Part shown: piece after piece, positions 9,295-18,553 of the stretch
Position numbering within the stretch: the stretch's first letter is position 1
Layout of the letters: each line of letters opens with the position of its first letter
Assembly: GCA_023819145.1 (NCBI GenBank)
Contig: JAMWCW010000008.1
Coordinates: 5,584 to 69,583 of the forward strand
Source: Candidatus Omnitrophota bacterium
GTDB lineage: Bacteria > Omnitrophota > Gorgyraeia > DTHP01
DNA: 64,000 nt
Direction: 5' to 3'
Position numbers and translations under genes: made by a program
Notes under the pieces: generated by a model
Database searches by the model: none
What the model was told of the DNA's origin: nothing
The model's input: only the letters and a program-made list of their open reading frames with translations

Positions 9295-10308
9295 CTAACC
9301 TCCTTTTGCTAATAAATTTGTTAGTCTCTTTGCCTTTGAGAATATTTTATCGGGGCATTTTGTGGGATTACCGCTATAGAATTCAAAAACTGCAGGGCAC
9401 TTGAATATACAGATATTTCTATAATAGCATGTTTGACAATCTTTAAAGTCAGAAAATTTCAACTCTCGTAGTCTTGTGAATAAAGGAGAATTATACCATA
9501 TATCTGTAAGGGATTGCTTTTGGATATTCCCCGCTTCTTTATAATAAACTGCGCATGGAAAGACCCGTCCTTCTGCAGAGATATAACACCTTGTTATACC
9601 TGCTCCACAAGGAATAGGATTATTTTTAAAACGGATTAAGTGAGAACGGTCTAATTTGTATAATTTGATCTTCCAGCGATTGACTAAGGTAATTAAACCA
9701 TCGGGAGGGAGTTCGTATTCTAAAGTTTTCAAAGAAAATCTTCGGGTAGGAGCAATTGTAGAAGAGAATTTAAGATTTATATTTTTTCTATTTTTTTTTA
9801 ATTTATTATATATTTTTTTTATTTCTGGGATGCCTTTATAAGTGAGAGTATTAATAGGATAAATTAAGCCTATATTTGCTCCAATGTTAAGAAGATTTTC
9901 AATCCCCTTTAGAGCATTTTTAAATTTTCTCTTTCCAGTAAAATTCTCATAGGTTTCTTCATTGGCACCGTAAAGAGTAACTTTAAAATCAAATACACCG
10001 TGTTTAAATAGACGATGGGCAGTTGATTTATCAATTAAAGTTCCATTGGTAAGAAGCCCTACTTTAAATCCTTTTTTTCTTGCCTTTTGGATAAGATAGA
10101 ATATATCTTTTCTAATTAAAGGTTCTCCTCCGGTAAGGGTAATAGTCAGGGTTCCAAGATTAGTTAACTCGTCCAATAGGCAAAGATAGATTTGTTTGTC
10201 TAGTTCGATATTATCTTTTTCCAAAAAACAATATTTGCATTTTAAATTGCAGGAACGCGTTATTTCTATATGTATTGTTTCAATATAATTTCTTCTATTT
10301 TCTGCCAT
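9295..10308 (-). CDS. radical SAM/SPASM-domain peptide maturase
   Basis: N-terminal CNLKCKYC (CX3CX2C). C-terminal SPASM pattern PCGAG...C...C then CQTCYYRNICIFKC (CX2CX5CX3C), then KCP. Confidence 0.85.
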   Translation of the reverse strand: MAENRRNYIETIHIEITRSCNLKCKYCFLEKDNIELDKQIYLCLLDELTNLGTLTITLTGGEPLIRKDIFYLIQKARKKGFKVGLLTNGTLIDKSTAHRLFKHGVFDFKVTLYGANEETYENFTGKRKFKNALKGIENLLNIGANIGLIYPINTLTYKGIPEIKKIYNKLKKNRKNINLKFSSTIAPTRRFSLKTLEYELPPDGLITLVNRWKIKLYKLDRSHLIRFKNNPIPCGAGITRCYISAEGRVFPCAVYYKEAGNIQKQSLTDIWYNSPLFTRLRELKFSDFKDCQTCYYRNICIFKCPAVFEFYSGNPTKCPDKIFSKAKRLTNLLAKGG

Positions 10309-11201
10309 AGGTTTATTTGTTTTAAATTTGCTTTTTTTAATAATAAGGGATTGATTTTTAATATAACACTTTTTGCCTGAAGTGTCAATGTATATAAAAG
10401 TGCAATCACTCTTTTAGTCAAAAAGACCTTATTTACGGCTGCAAATCGTAGGGGAAAAATTTCACAAAGAAGTTTCAGCAAAGTTTCTTTTAGAGAAGGA
10501 ATAACAATTTGGAAATGGCAGATATCATCAGCTTTTTCCAAAAAAAGGATATGCGTTGGTTTTGAATTATTAATCCAATTACTAATTGCTAAATCCAACT
10601 TGAAATTTTGTTTTTTAAATCCACCTATGTAAGGTAATCCCGCAGTTATGATATGTTCTTTTTTAGCGATAAAAATAGAATCATCTCCTACTATTTTATA
10701 TCCCTTCTGAATAGCATTAATTAATAAAGTAGATTTACCAGCCCCACTTTTGCCGGTAGCAAGTACGGAAATTCTATCATTTGTCCAACTGGAGGCATGG
10801 ATTGAAAAGAATCCTTCTGCTTGAAGCAATGTTTTAAGCGTATTTTGGAAAATTGCATAATATCCGATAGGATTATTGAGATATTTGTGCATAGTTATAA
10901 ATGCTGAAAGATTTTCAAAATCTAAGAAATATTCATAAAATGGGGTATGATTAAAATGCATTTTTCGTGGAGAAAATTTACACTTTATTGATTTACTTGT
11001 TTTTGGTTTTCTTAGAAATATAATCTCTATCTCTTTTTGAGGGGTAGTTTTTGGTAAGTTAAGGTAGTTTTTTTTTAGATAGTTAATAAGTAAGGGGATG
11101 TCAGAGAGTAATTTAATTTTATAATTATAAAACTGTAAGGAGAAATTTTTAAGGCCTTCTTTTTTAATAAAAAAAATACTTCCCATTTTTTTTGAACACA
11201 A
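10266..11201 (-). CDS. HPr kinase-related (HprK C-terminal domain-like) P-loop kinase
   Basis: VLATGKSGAGKSTLLINAIQKGYKIVGDDSIF matches the HprK P-loop (G.SG.GKSE...rG..LV.DD). It overlaps the rSAM start by 43 nt. Confidence 0.65.
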   Translation of the reverse strand: MCSKKMGSIFFIKKEGLKNFSLQFYNYKIKLLSDIPLLINYLKKNYLNLPKTTPQKEIEIIFLRKPKTSKSIKCKFSPRKMHFNHTPFYEYFLDFENLSAFITMHKYLNNPIGYYAIFQNTLKTLLQAEGFFSIHASSWTNDRISVLATGKSGAGKSTLLINAIQKGYKIVGDDSIFIAKKEHIITAGLPYIGGFKKQNFKLDLAISNWINNSKPTHILFLEKADDICHFQIVIPSLKETLLKLLCEIFPLRFAAVNKVFLTKRVIALLYTLTLQAKSVILKINPLLLKKANLKQINLWQKIEEIILKQYI

Positions 11202-11309
11202 ACTGTATTGCAGATTTTAATATTTGTTAGTAGAATATTATATAATAGATTTTAAAATAATTACATCGATTTTAGAAAATTTAAATATGTAAAAACAAAA
11301 TAAAAAATA

Positions 11310-12782
11310 ATGAGAATTAAGGTTATTCTTCTAATAGTTTTATTATTAGCTTTGGGGATAAGGATTTACTGTTTAGGAAAGTGGGAACTCTGGTATGATG
11401 AGATTTTAGCGATTAAGACTGCGCAGAATTTTAGATTAGCGAATAATTCTTATCTGTATTATACTCTTCTTTATTATTGGATAAAATTTTTTAAATTCTC
11501 TGAATCCACTGTTCGTATTCCGTCTTTAATTTTCAGTATGTTATCTATAGCCTCACTTTATTTGTTGGGAAAAAATTTATTTAATGAGAAAATCGCTTTG
11601 TTCTCTACCGGGTTATTGGCTTTTAATCCATTTCATATCTGGTATTCTCAGGAGGCAAGACCTTATAGTGCATTGGTTTTGTGTGGTATTTTGTCATCAT
11701 ATTTTTTATTTAGAGGGTTAAAGGAAAAAAAGATTTTATTTTTATTTCCCTTCACTTTTTTATCTGTTGTTGGAATATATCTCCACTATTTTTATATTAC
11801 CTTTTTGCTAGTATGTTTATTTATTGTTTTATTATTTTTGTTTGTTAAAAAACAAAAATATTATGTTTATTGGCTTACAATAAGTATATTAATTATTTTT
11901 TTGTTCCTTTCTCCTTGGCTACCGCGGTTTCTATTAAATCTGTGCTGTATTATAGATGGATTTTGGATACCTGTGCCTAGTTTTAAATCTTTGTTTATAA
12001 CTTTAGAAAATTTTAATTTAGGTTATAATGCTCCTAATTGGGCGTATAAATATTCATTATTTTTGACTCTTATTTTATTTCTCTCCGCCATAAATTTTCT
12101 TAGAGAAAAAAAAGAATTACAGAGCAACTTTTGGTTATGTTTGATGTTATTTATTTTACCCATTTTATTTGCCTTTTTCTTTTCTAAATTTTTATTTTCC
12201 ATCTATCTTGATCGTGCCTTAATGATTTCTTCTCCTTATTATTATTTAATCTTAGGGATAGGTTTAGAGTCCATAGGGAGGAAGAAGTTAAAATATTTTG
12301 TAAAATTATCTATATTTTTTTTGTTAGTTCAGAGTCTATCTTTTTATTACCAAGGTATCACACATTCGTCTCTTACACACCATACAGGTGCTTACGTTAA
12401 AAAGCCTATAAGGCCTGTAATTAATTATTTAGAAAGAAGAGTGAATAAAAATGATATAATATGTATTATAAATACCCATGTATTTCTACAATTTAATTTT
12501 TATAAACAAAATAAAGGGATATTATGTTTTTATGTTTTTTCTCCAGAAATATGGGATACTAATTGGAACAGACCTCATTCTGAAGGAAATAACTGGATTC
12601 CTGTAAATAGATTAATAGGATTTGATAGTGATAGAATATGGATGCTTTTTTCTGATTGTCCGAGAAGCGGCAAGTTAGATGAAAATTCCCAAAAAGTTAA
12701 GTCATGGATGGATAAAAACTACCTGACTATATTCGAACAGTGGCTAGATGGGATTTTGCTAAAATTATATGAAAAAAAGTAG
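11310..12782 (+). CDS. GT-C fold membrane glycosyltransferase (PMT_2/ArnT family)
   Basis: Polytopic membrane protein. First-loop motif LWYDEILAIK and FNPFHIWYSQEARPYS resemble ArnT/PMT_2. Confidence 0.65.
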   Translation: MRIKVILLIVLLLALGIRIYCLGKWELWYDEILAIKTAQNFRLANNSYLYYTLLYYWIKFFKFSESTVRIPSLIFSMLSIASLYLLGKNLFNEKIALFSTGLLAFNPFHIWYSQEARPYSALVLCGILSSYFLFRGLKEKKILFLFPFTFLSVVGIYLHYFYITFLLVCLFIVLLFLFVKKQKYYVYWLTISILIIFLFLSPWLPRFLLNLCCIIDGFWIPVPSFKSLFITLENFNLGYNAPNWAYKYSLFLTLILFLSAINFLREKKELQSNFWLCLMLFILPILFAFFFSKFLFSIYLDRALMISSPYYYLILGIGLESIGRKKLKYFVKLSIFFLLVQSLSFYYQGITHSSLTHHTGAYVKKPIRPVINYLERRVNKNDIICIINTHVFLQFNFYKQNKGILCFYVFSPEIWDTNWNRPHSEGNNWIPVNRLIGFDSDRIWMLFSDCPRSGKLDENSQKVKSWMDKNYLTIFEQWLDGILLKLYEKK

Positions 12783-13872
12783 GTTATTATTTATAGTCAT
12801 TTTGTTGGCTTCGTCTCTTTGGTTTTCTTCTCCAAAGTGTATGGTAGACAACTTAGATTTGTTTAACAGAGAAGAGATCTCTACAGCCAAGATTTATTAT
12901 TTTGTAGAAATACCGAGGACAAAATATGGCAGATACTCAGGGAAAGGAGAGATTATTTTTAAAAGAGATTTCGGGGTTATAAATAATATGGTCAATAATT
13001 ATTCTGAGAAAAAAGATGAAGAAAGAATAAAAATAATTGAAAATTTTATTACAGGAATTAATTTAAATTATAACTATTTAACTAATAAAGTAGAAAAAAG
13101 AGACTACCATAATTGGTTTGGAATAAAATGGTATTTCGGTAAGGATTTACATTTTAATATTTGGGACATTTTTGCTATTTCAAGAAGCAATTTATTATCT
13201 GTTTATAACCACGAAGGGATAGAGAAAAAAGGTAATAAAGAGATCTCTATAATTTCTGGGATTTTGGCTAAATATCCTTTTTGGGGGAATAAATGCAAAA
13301 TCTGGATAGATAAAGAGTATAATTTTATTCATAAATTTATTATTTATAGTGAAAAAGATGAGCCGATTTTTACCTTAGAGGTTACGGAGGTGGAAGTAAA
13401 TCCGGAAATAGACGATAAAGAATTTAGCACAGAGATTCCTCCGGATTTTACTGTGGTAGATATAACCGAACAATTTGCCCAGCAATATCGGATTCTTGTG
13501 CAATTGTATGATTTTTATAATCGGATTAAGGAATTAGAAAAAAAGTTAGAAGTTTTACGAAAAGAAAATGAGGAATTAAAAGAGATGTCTAAGGAAAAGG
13601 AAGTTGAGAAGAGAATTGCTATAACCAAGGAGCCAGTTGTTCTATTCATAGATAGAGAAAATAAATTTGTGGTTATGGGAGGAAGAGAAGATGATTTAGT
13701 GGTGGGAGAAATATTTGAGGTTTATCGGGGAAGTAAACTGTTGGGTAAGCTTGAGATTACGCGGGTTTATCAAGATTTGGCAGTGGCAGAGCCAGTTATG
13801 GAGGGGCTAATGGATGTTATTAAAGAGGGCGATAGTTTGGTAAGAGCGAGTTCAGAAAGTTTTTTCCCTTGA
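12769..13872 (+). CDS. hypothetical secreted protein with coiled-coil segment
   Basis: N-terminal signal-like hydrophobic segment and a KE-rich coiled-coil (LEKKLEVLRKENEELKEMSKEKEVEKR). Confidence 0.4.
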   Translation: MKKSRLLFIVILLASSLWFSSPKCMVDNLDLFNREEISTAKIYYFVEIPRTKYGRYSGKGEIIFKRDFGVINNMVNNYSEKKDEERIKIIENFITGINLNYNYLTNKVEKRDYHNWFGIKWYFGKDLHFNIWDIFAISRSNLLSVYNHEGIEKKGNKEISIISGILAKYPFWGNKCKIWIDKEYNFIHKFIIYSEKDEPIFTLEVTEVEVNPEIDDKEFSTEIPPDFTVVDITEQFAQQYRILVQLYDFYNRIKELEKKLEVLRKENEELKEMSKEKEVEKRIAITKEPVVLFIDRENKFVVMGGREDDLVVGEIFEVYRGSKLLGKLEITRVYQDLAVAEPVMEGLMDVIKEGDSLVRASSESFFP

Positions 13873-13950
13873 CAAATAATTATAATGTGATATAGTGAGT
13901 GTGTAAAGGTTGAAAGTAGGAGGAAATTGGAAGTAGTTGGACATCTTTAA

Positions 13951-13989
13951 ATCGTAAGGTTTTTTTATTTTCACCTTACGATTTTTTTA
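13951..13989 (+). terminator. rho-independent terminator
   Basis: ATCGTAAGGT / ACCTTACGAT 10-bp stem, 12-nt loop, followed by TTTTTTT. Confidence 0.55.
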
Positions 13990-14027
13990 TAGATGTAATT
14001 TAAATAGAAAGGAGGTGAATAAAGTTG

Positions 14028-14225
14028 ATGAAAGGTAAAGTGAAGTGGTTTTCTAATCAGAAGGGTTATGGATTTATTACCCTTGACAGCGGTGAAGATG
14101 TGTTTGTGCATCACAGCGCCATCAAAGGAGAAGGTTACAAAACTTTGAATGAAGGACAAGAAGTACAGTTAGAGGTAATCCAAGGACCCAAAGGGAAACA
14201 AGCTGCTAATGTAGTGAAGTTATAG
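14028..14225 (+). CDS. cspA: cold-shock protein (CspA family)
   Basis: [16 protein letters not shown]...[12 protein letters not shown]1/RNP2 motifs; GGAGGTG RBS. The track's TTG at 14025 is an alternative start. Confidence 0.9.
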   Translation: MKGKVKWFSNQKGYGFITLDSGEDVFVHHSAIKGEGYKTLNEGQEVQLEVIQGPKGKQAANVVKL

Positions 14226-14291
14226 AATTAGCAGTGGAATAGAGTTTTTCTTAAAGGAAGAGTCTATTTCCCTAAAAGTAGAAAACCGATA

Positions 14292-14337
14292 AAAGGGACA
14301 ATTATTAGATTTGTTCTAAAGTTGTCCCTTTTTTTAT
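14292..14337 (+). terminator. rho-independent terminator
   Basis: AAAGGGACAA...TTGTCCCTTT stem followed by a T-run. Confidence 0.5.
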
Positions 14338-14379
14338 TATATTATTCCCATATATTTCTGGAAATCGAGAGATTAATCT

Positions 14380-14388
14380 GGTATAATG
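14380..14388 (+). promoter_or_regulatory. extended -10 promoter (TGgTATAAT)
   Basis: TG-n-TATAAT located 75 nt upstream of the CBS gene. Confidence 0.35.
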
Positions 14389-14462
14389 TTATTACTTATA
14401 TTTAAATTCGTAGTTATCGGCGCAATTTTAACTTAAGAATTTACTTTTATAAAAGGAGAGTA

Positions 14463-14906
14463 GTGATGAAAGTAAAAGAGGTAATGTCGAAAGAGGTAAA
14501 GAGTCTTTCTCCGGAGATGAGTATCAGGGAGGCTTTAAATCTCCTTCTTCAGATGGGAATTAGTGGGTTGCCGGTAATTGATGCAGAGGAAAAACTTGTG
14601 GGGATGTTTACTGAGAAAGAGGTTTTAAAGGTAGTTTTACCGAGTTATTGGGAGAGAGTGGGAAAATTTGTTTATGATGACAACCCAAAAGTGATAAGAA
14701 AAAAGATAGAGGAACTAAAAAATCATAAAGTTGCAGAAGTTATGCGTAGAGAAGTTATTTCCGTGAATGAAGATACCGCCTTATGTGAAGTTGCCCGTAT
14801 CATGCTTACCGAGAAGGTAAGACGCATCCCTGTTTTGGACAAAGATAAAAAAGTGGTGGGAATAATTGCCAGAGAGGATATAGTAAAAGCGTTTGTTAAT
14901 GAGTAA
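14463..14906 (+). CDS. CBS-domain pair protein
   Basis: Two CBS repeats (VKEVMSKEVKSLSPEMSIREAL..., VAEVMRREVISVNEDTALCEVARIM...RRIPVLD). Confidence 0.8.
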   Translation: MMKVKEVMSKEVKSLSPEMSIREALNLLLQMGISGLPVIDAEEKLVGMFTEKEVLKVVLPSYWERVGKFVYDDNPKVIRKKIEELKNHKVAEVMRREVISVNEDTALCEVARIMLTEKVRRIPVLDKDKKVVGIIAREDIVKAFVNE

Positions 14907-16284
14907 TAAAATTTTCTTAAAATTTCTGATTCTTTTTATTACAGCTATCGCTTGTGGGTTCTTATCCATAAGTATAGGAATGAATACCCATCAGGCTTTA
15001 AGCGTTTCTATTTTTTCGGCTTCGGTTATGGGAACATTATTGTTCTGGGATTTTCGTTTAGCCATCGCTTTCTTAGGTATCGCTATTCTCCTCATGACGA
15101 GAACCGTGGATTTAGAAAATGTTATAAAATTTGCTTCTTTAGAAGTGATACTCTTTTTAGTAGGAATGATGGTTTTAATTGGGTTATTGAAAGAAGTTGG
15201 ATTTTTTGCTTGGTTGATAGGTTTAATTATCCGCATAAAAAAACTTACAGCGAAGAAATTTGTGGTTGTACTGTGTTTAATGTCAGCGATTTTAGCCTGT
15301 GCAGTGGATGAGGTTACCTCTATTATTTTTATGAGTGCTCTTGTTTTAGAGATTTGTGATTATTTTGAAGTTTTAGCTACCCCCTATATCATTATGTGTG
15401 TTCTGGCTACGAATATTGGTTCTTCAGGAACTGTTCTGGGTAATCCCATTGGAATTTTAATTGCAGCAAAGGGCGGTCTTACTTTTGAGGATTTTATTTT
15501 TAGAGCATTTCCTTTGATGTTCTTTTGTCTGCTTCTAACCATCTCTATATTCTTTGTTATTTTTAAAAAACCGATTAAGGAATTGGATAAGAAAATAAAA
15601 GAATTTGGATACAATGAGATACTCATTAAGCTTATTTCTGTTCCTCCGGAAAAACAATTAAGACTAGGTTTGGGTATATTTGGGGTTACTCTTTTTTTTA
15701 TTGGTTTACATCACCGTTTAGAATTATTATGGAATTTAGAAACAAATACCATACTTTTGGTGATTCCTTTGATTTCTGCTGGTTTTGTAATGGTTTGGAA
15801 ACACAGAAAGGCTAAAGAATATATTGAGAAAGAAGTGGATTGGTGGACTCTTTTGTTTTTCATGCTTTTATTTGCTAAAGCAGGAACATTAAAATATACG
15901 GGAGCAACGGATGTTTTGGCAAAATATCTTGTGCAGTTTGCAGGTAAAAATCCTAAAGTTTTGGTTACAAATTTACTTTGGACCTCCTGTATTGGTTCAA
16001 GTATTTTGGACAATGTTGTTTTGGTAGCGGCATTTATTCCCATTGTGCAGAGTTTCCATTCTTTTGGCTTTGTAACGAATTCTTTCTGGTGGGCACTACT
16101 TTTTGGAGGTTGTTTTGGAGGAAATATTACGATGATTGGCTCAACTGCAAATATTGTTGCCTTGGGACTTTTGGAGAAAGAGAAAGGGATAAAGATAAAA
16201 TTCTTCCGCTGGTTAGGGATAGGTTTAATAATTGGTGTAATAACAACTCTTTTTGCTTGGCTTTATCTGATAATAACAAGTTAA
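14893..16284 (+). CDS. anion/cation permease, ArsB/NhaD superfamily (CitMHS/SLC13-like)
   Basis: About 12 TM helices in an internally duplicated architecture; it overlaps the upstream CBS gene. Confidence 0.5.
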   Translation: MLMSNKIFLKFLILFITAIACGFLSISIGMNTHQALSVSIFSASVMGTLLFWDFRLAIAFLGIAILLMTRTVDLENVIKFASLEVILFLVGMMVLIGLLKEVGFFAWLIGLIIRIKKLTAKKFVVVLCLMSAILACAVDEVTSIIFMSALVLEICDYFEVLATPYIIMCVLATNIGSSGTVLGNPIGILIAAKGGLTFEDFIFRAFPLMFFCLLLTISIFFVIFKKPIKELDKKIKEFGYNEILIKLISVPPEKQLRLGLGIFGVTLFFIGLHHRLELLWNLETNTILLVIPLISAGFVMVWKHRKAKEYIEKEVDWWTLLFFMLLFAKAGTLKYTGATDVLAKYLVQFAGKNPKVLVTNLLWTSCIGSSILDNVVLVAAFIPIVQSFHSFGFVTNSFWWALLFGGCFGGNITMIGSTANIVALGLLEKEKGIKIKFFRWLGIGLIIGVITTLFAWLYLIITS

Positions 16285-16300
16285 CTTAAGAAGATGCAAT

Positions 16301-16329
16301 TTGACAAAGACATTGCGTATATCTATAAT
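16301..16329 (+). promoter_or_regulatory. sigma70-type promoter for bcd-etfBA
   Basis: TTGACA, 17 nt spacer, TATAAT. Confidence 0.5.
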
Positions 16330-16372
16330 ATCTAAAATAATGTTAAATTAAAAGTAAGGGAAAGGAGAAAAG

Positions 16373-17527
16373 ATGCTAAATTATCTTTTAACAGAAGAAC
16401 AGGTGATGATTCGTGATTTAGCAAGGAAGATTGCGGAAGAAAAGATAAAACCAGTAGCGGCAAAATATGATGAGAGCGAAGAATTCCCTTGGGAAATAAT
16501 GAAAATTTTAGCCTCAAGTGATTTGTTTGGAGTTTATATTCCCCAGGAGTATGGAGGTTTAGGAGGAGGGGTTATGGAATTGGCCATTGTTACTGAAGAG
16601 CTCTCACGTGCCTGCGGGGGAATTGCGGTTTGTTTTGCAGCTACGGGGTTAGGAACTTATCCCATAATTTTATTTGGTAATGACCAGCAGAAGAAGAAAT
16701 ATCTTCCGGACATTGCCAGCGGTAAGAAGTTGGCGGCTTTTGCGCTCACCGAAGCAAATGCCGGCTCAGATGCTTCAGCAATTCAGACTACTGCAGAGAA
16801 AAAAGGAGATTATTATATTTTAAACGGAACAAAGCAATGGATTACCAACGGAGGAGAAGCGGAGGTTTATACGGTGATAGCGATGACCGATAGAAGCAAA
16901 GGGGCAAGGGGTGCTACTGCCTTTATCTTAGAAAAAGGGATGGAAGGATTTAGTTTTGGAAAAAAGGAAAAAAAGATGGGGATTCGCGCTTCCGCAACAA
17001 GAGAACTTGTTTTTAATAACTGTAAGGTGCCTAAAGAAAATGTCTTAGGTAAGGAGGGGATGGGTTTTATTGTGGCTATGAAAACATTTGATATGTCCAG
17101 GCCGGGGGTAGCAGCACAGGCAGTGGGTATTGCCCAAGGAGCATTAGATTTGACCATAGAATATGCCAAGCAGAGAAAACAATTTGGACAGACAATATCC
17201 AGTTTTCAGGGAATTCAATTTATGCTTGCAGAAATGGCTACTTATGTTGAGGCAGCACGCGCCTTGATTTATGCGGTTTGCCGGGCAGTGGATAAAGGAG
17301 AAAAAAACATTGCCAAAGAGTCCGCCATGGCAAAATTATTTGCTTCAGATGTATGTATGAAAGTTACTACCGATTGTGTGCAGATTTTTGGTGGGTATGG
17401 CTATATGCGCGACTACCCCATAGAAAAATATATGCGCGATGCCAAAATTACCCAGATTTACGAAGGAACAAACCAGATTATGCGTAATGTTATTGCTTTG
17501 AACCTCATTAAGGAAACGCTAAAATAA
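16373..17527 (+). CDS. bcd: acyl-CoA dehydrogenase (butyryl-CoA dehydrogenase-like)
   Basis: Full-length ACAD pattern (EEQ..IRD..R, GGLG, catalytic C-terminal YEGT...IMR). Confidence 0.9.
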   Translation: MLNYLLTEEQVMIRDLARKIAEEKIKPVAAKYDESEEFPWEIMKILASSDLFGVYIPQEYGGLGGGVMELAIVTEELSRACGGIAVCFAATGLGTYPIILFGNDQQKKKYLPDIASGKKLAAFALTEANAGSDASAIQTTAEKKGDYYILNGTKQWITNGGEAEVYTVIAMTDRSKGARGATAFILEKGMEGFSFGKKEKKMGIRASATRELVFNNCKVPKENVLGKEGMGFIVAMKTFDMSRPGVAAQAVGIAQGALDLTIEYAKQRKQFGQTISSFQGIQFMLAEMATYVEAARALIYAVCRAVDKGEKNIAKESAMAKLFASDVCMKVTTDCVQIFGGYGYMRDYPIEKYMRDAKITQIYEGTNQIMRNVIALNLIKETLK

Positions 17528-17570
17528 TTAGTCAAATTGTTAAATTGGCTAAAGAACGAAGTTCCATTAC

Positions 17571-17604
17571 ATTTAACCTTTTTAACCAATTACCATTTAA
17601 CCAA
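17571..17604 (+). repeat. recurrent intergenic motif TTTAACC...TTACCATTTAACCAA (copy 1 of 3)
   Basis: Near-identical approximately 34-nt motif immediately upstream of the etfB, etfA and gspE start codons. Confidence 0.5.
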
Positions 17605-17606
17605 CA

Positions 17607-18467
17607 ATGAATATAATTGTTTGTATCAAGCAGGTTCCAGATACAACTGAGGTTAAAATTGATCCCCAGACAAACACTTTAATTCGGGAAGGTGTAGCGT
17701 CGATTATTAATCCCTTTGATATGTATGCTATAGAGGAGGGGATTCGTTTAAAGGAAAAATACGGTGGTAAAGTCACGGTGATAAGCATGGGCCCTCCTCA
17801 GGCAGAAGAGGCATTGCGTGAAGCTATATCCATGGGGTGCGATGAAGCAATTTTGATTACCGATAGAGCCTTTGCCGGTTCTGATACTTGGGCAACCAGT
17901 TATACTTTGGCAAAAGCGATTGAGAAAATTGGCGATTTTGACCTGATTATTTGCGGTAAGCAGGCAATAGACGGAGACACCGCTCAAGTTGGCCCGGGAA
18001 TTTCTGCCCATTTAGATCTACCGCAGGTAACCTATGTGAAGAAGATTGAGGAGATAAAAATATCAGAACGCCAGCCACAGAAGGCGAGCCTTATCCATAC
18101 GGAAGAGATTAGAACACCAGAGCACCAGTTACCCATTGCCGATGTGGCGAGGGTTGAGCGGATGATGGAGGAAGGTTATGAGGTAGTTGAGGTTCCGCTT
18201 CCCTGTTTGATTACCGTCGTAAAAGAAATAAATGAACCGCGTCTACCTTCATTAAAAGGAAAACTTCGGGCAAGATGTGCAGAAATTAAAAAATGGGGAA
18301 TCCAAGATTTAGGTTTGGATAAAAAAGATGTGGGATTGGAAGGTTCTCCGACGCGGGTGGTAAAAATATTTACGCCTCCACCACGCAAAGGCGGACAAAT
18401 TTTAGAAGGTGAGACAAAAGAAGTGGTGGAAAAGTTGGTGGAACTACTTAAATCAGAAATTATTTAG
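17607..18467 (+). CDS. etfB: electron transfer flavoprotein beta subunit
   Basis: MNIIVCIKQVPDT...VISMGP N-terminal signature. Confidence 0.9.
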   Translation: MNIIVCIKQVPDTTEVKIDPQTNTLIREGVASIINPFDMYAIEEGIRLKEKYGGKVTVISMGPPQAEEALREAISMGCDEAILITDRAFAGSDTWATSYTLAKAIEKIGDFDLIICGKQAIDGDTAQVGPGISAHLDLPQVTYVKKIEEIKISERQPQKASLIHTEEIRTPEHQLPIADVARVERMMEEGYEVVEVPLPCLITVVKEINEPRLPSLKGKLRARCAEIKKWGIQDLGLDKKDVGLEGSPTRVVKIFTPPPRKGGQILEGETKEVVEKLVELLKSEII

Positions 18468-18545
18468 TAAATAGTTAAATAGTTGATTAGTTAAATAGAA
18501 AGGATTCTGTTATTTAACCTTTTAACAATTTACCATTTAACCAAA
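18466..18545 (+). repeat. intergenic motifs: TAGTAAATAGTTAAATAG... stop-rich block plus TTTAACC...ACCATTTAACCAA (copy 2)
   Basis: Same motifs recur at 19754-19827 and 31535-31578. Confidence 0.5.
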
Positions 18546-18553
18546 ATAAAAAG

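Noticed and set aside
8925-9404. 159-aa plus-strand ORF
   Set aside because: It is antisense to the PqqD gene, the precursor ORF and the rSAM 3' end. It is low-complexity and Phe/Leu-rich, as expected from the reverse complement of AT-rich coding DNA, and has no motif.
14952-16289. ORFs 14952..15311+, 14991..15236- and 15978..16289+ inside the permease gene
   Set aside because: They are fully overlapped by the 463-aa multipass transporter ORF, which has coherent TM architecture.
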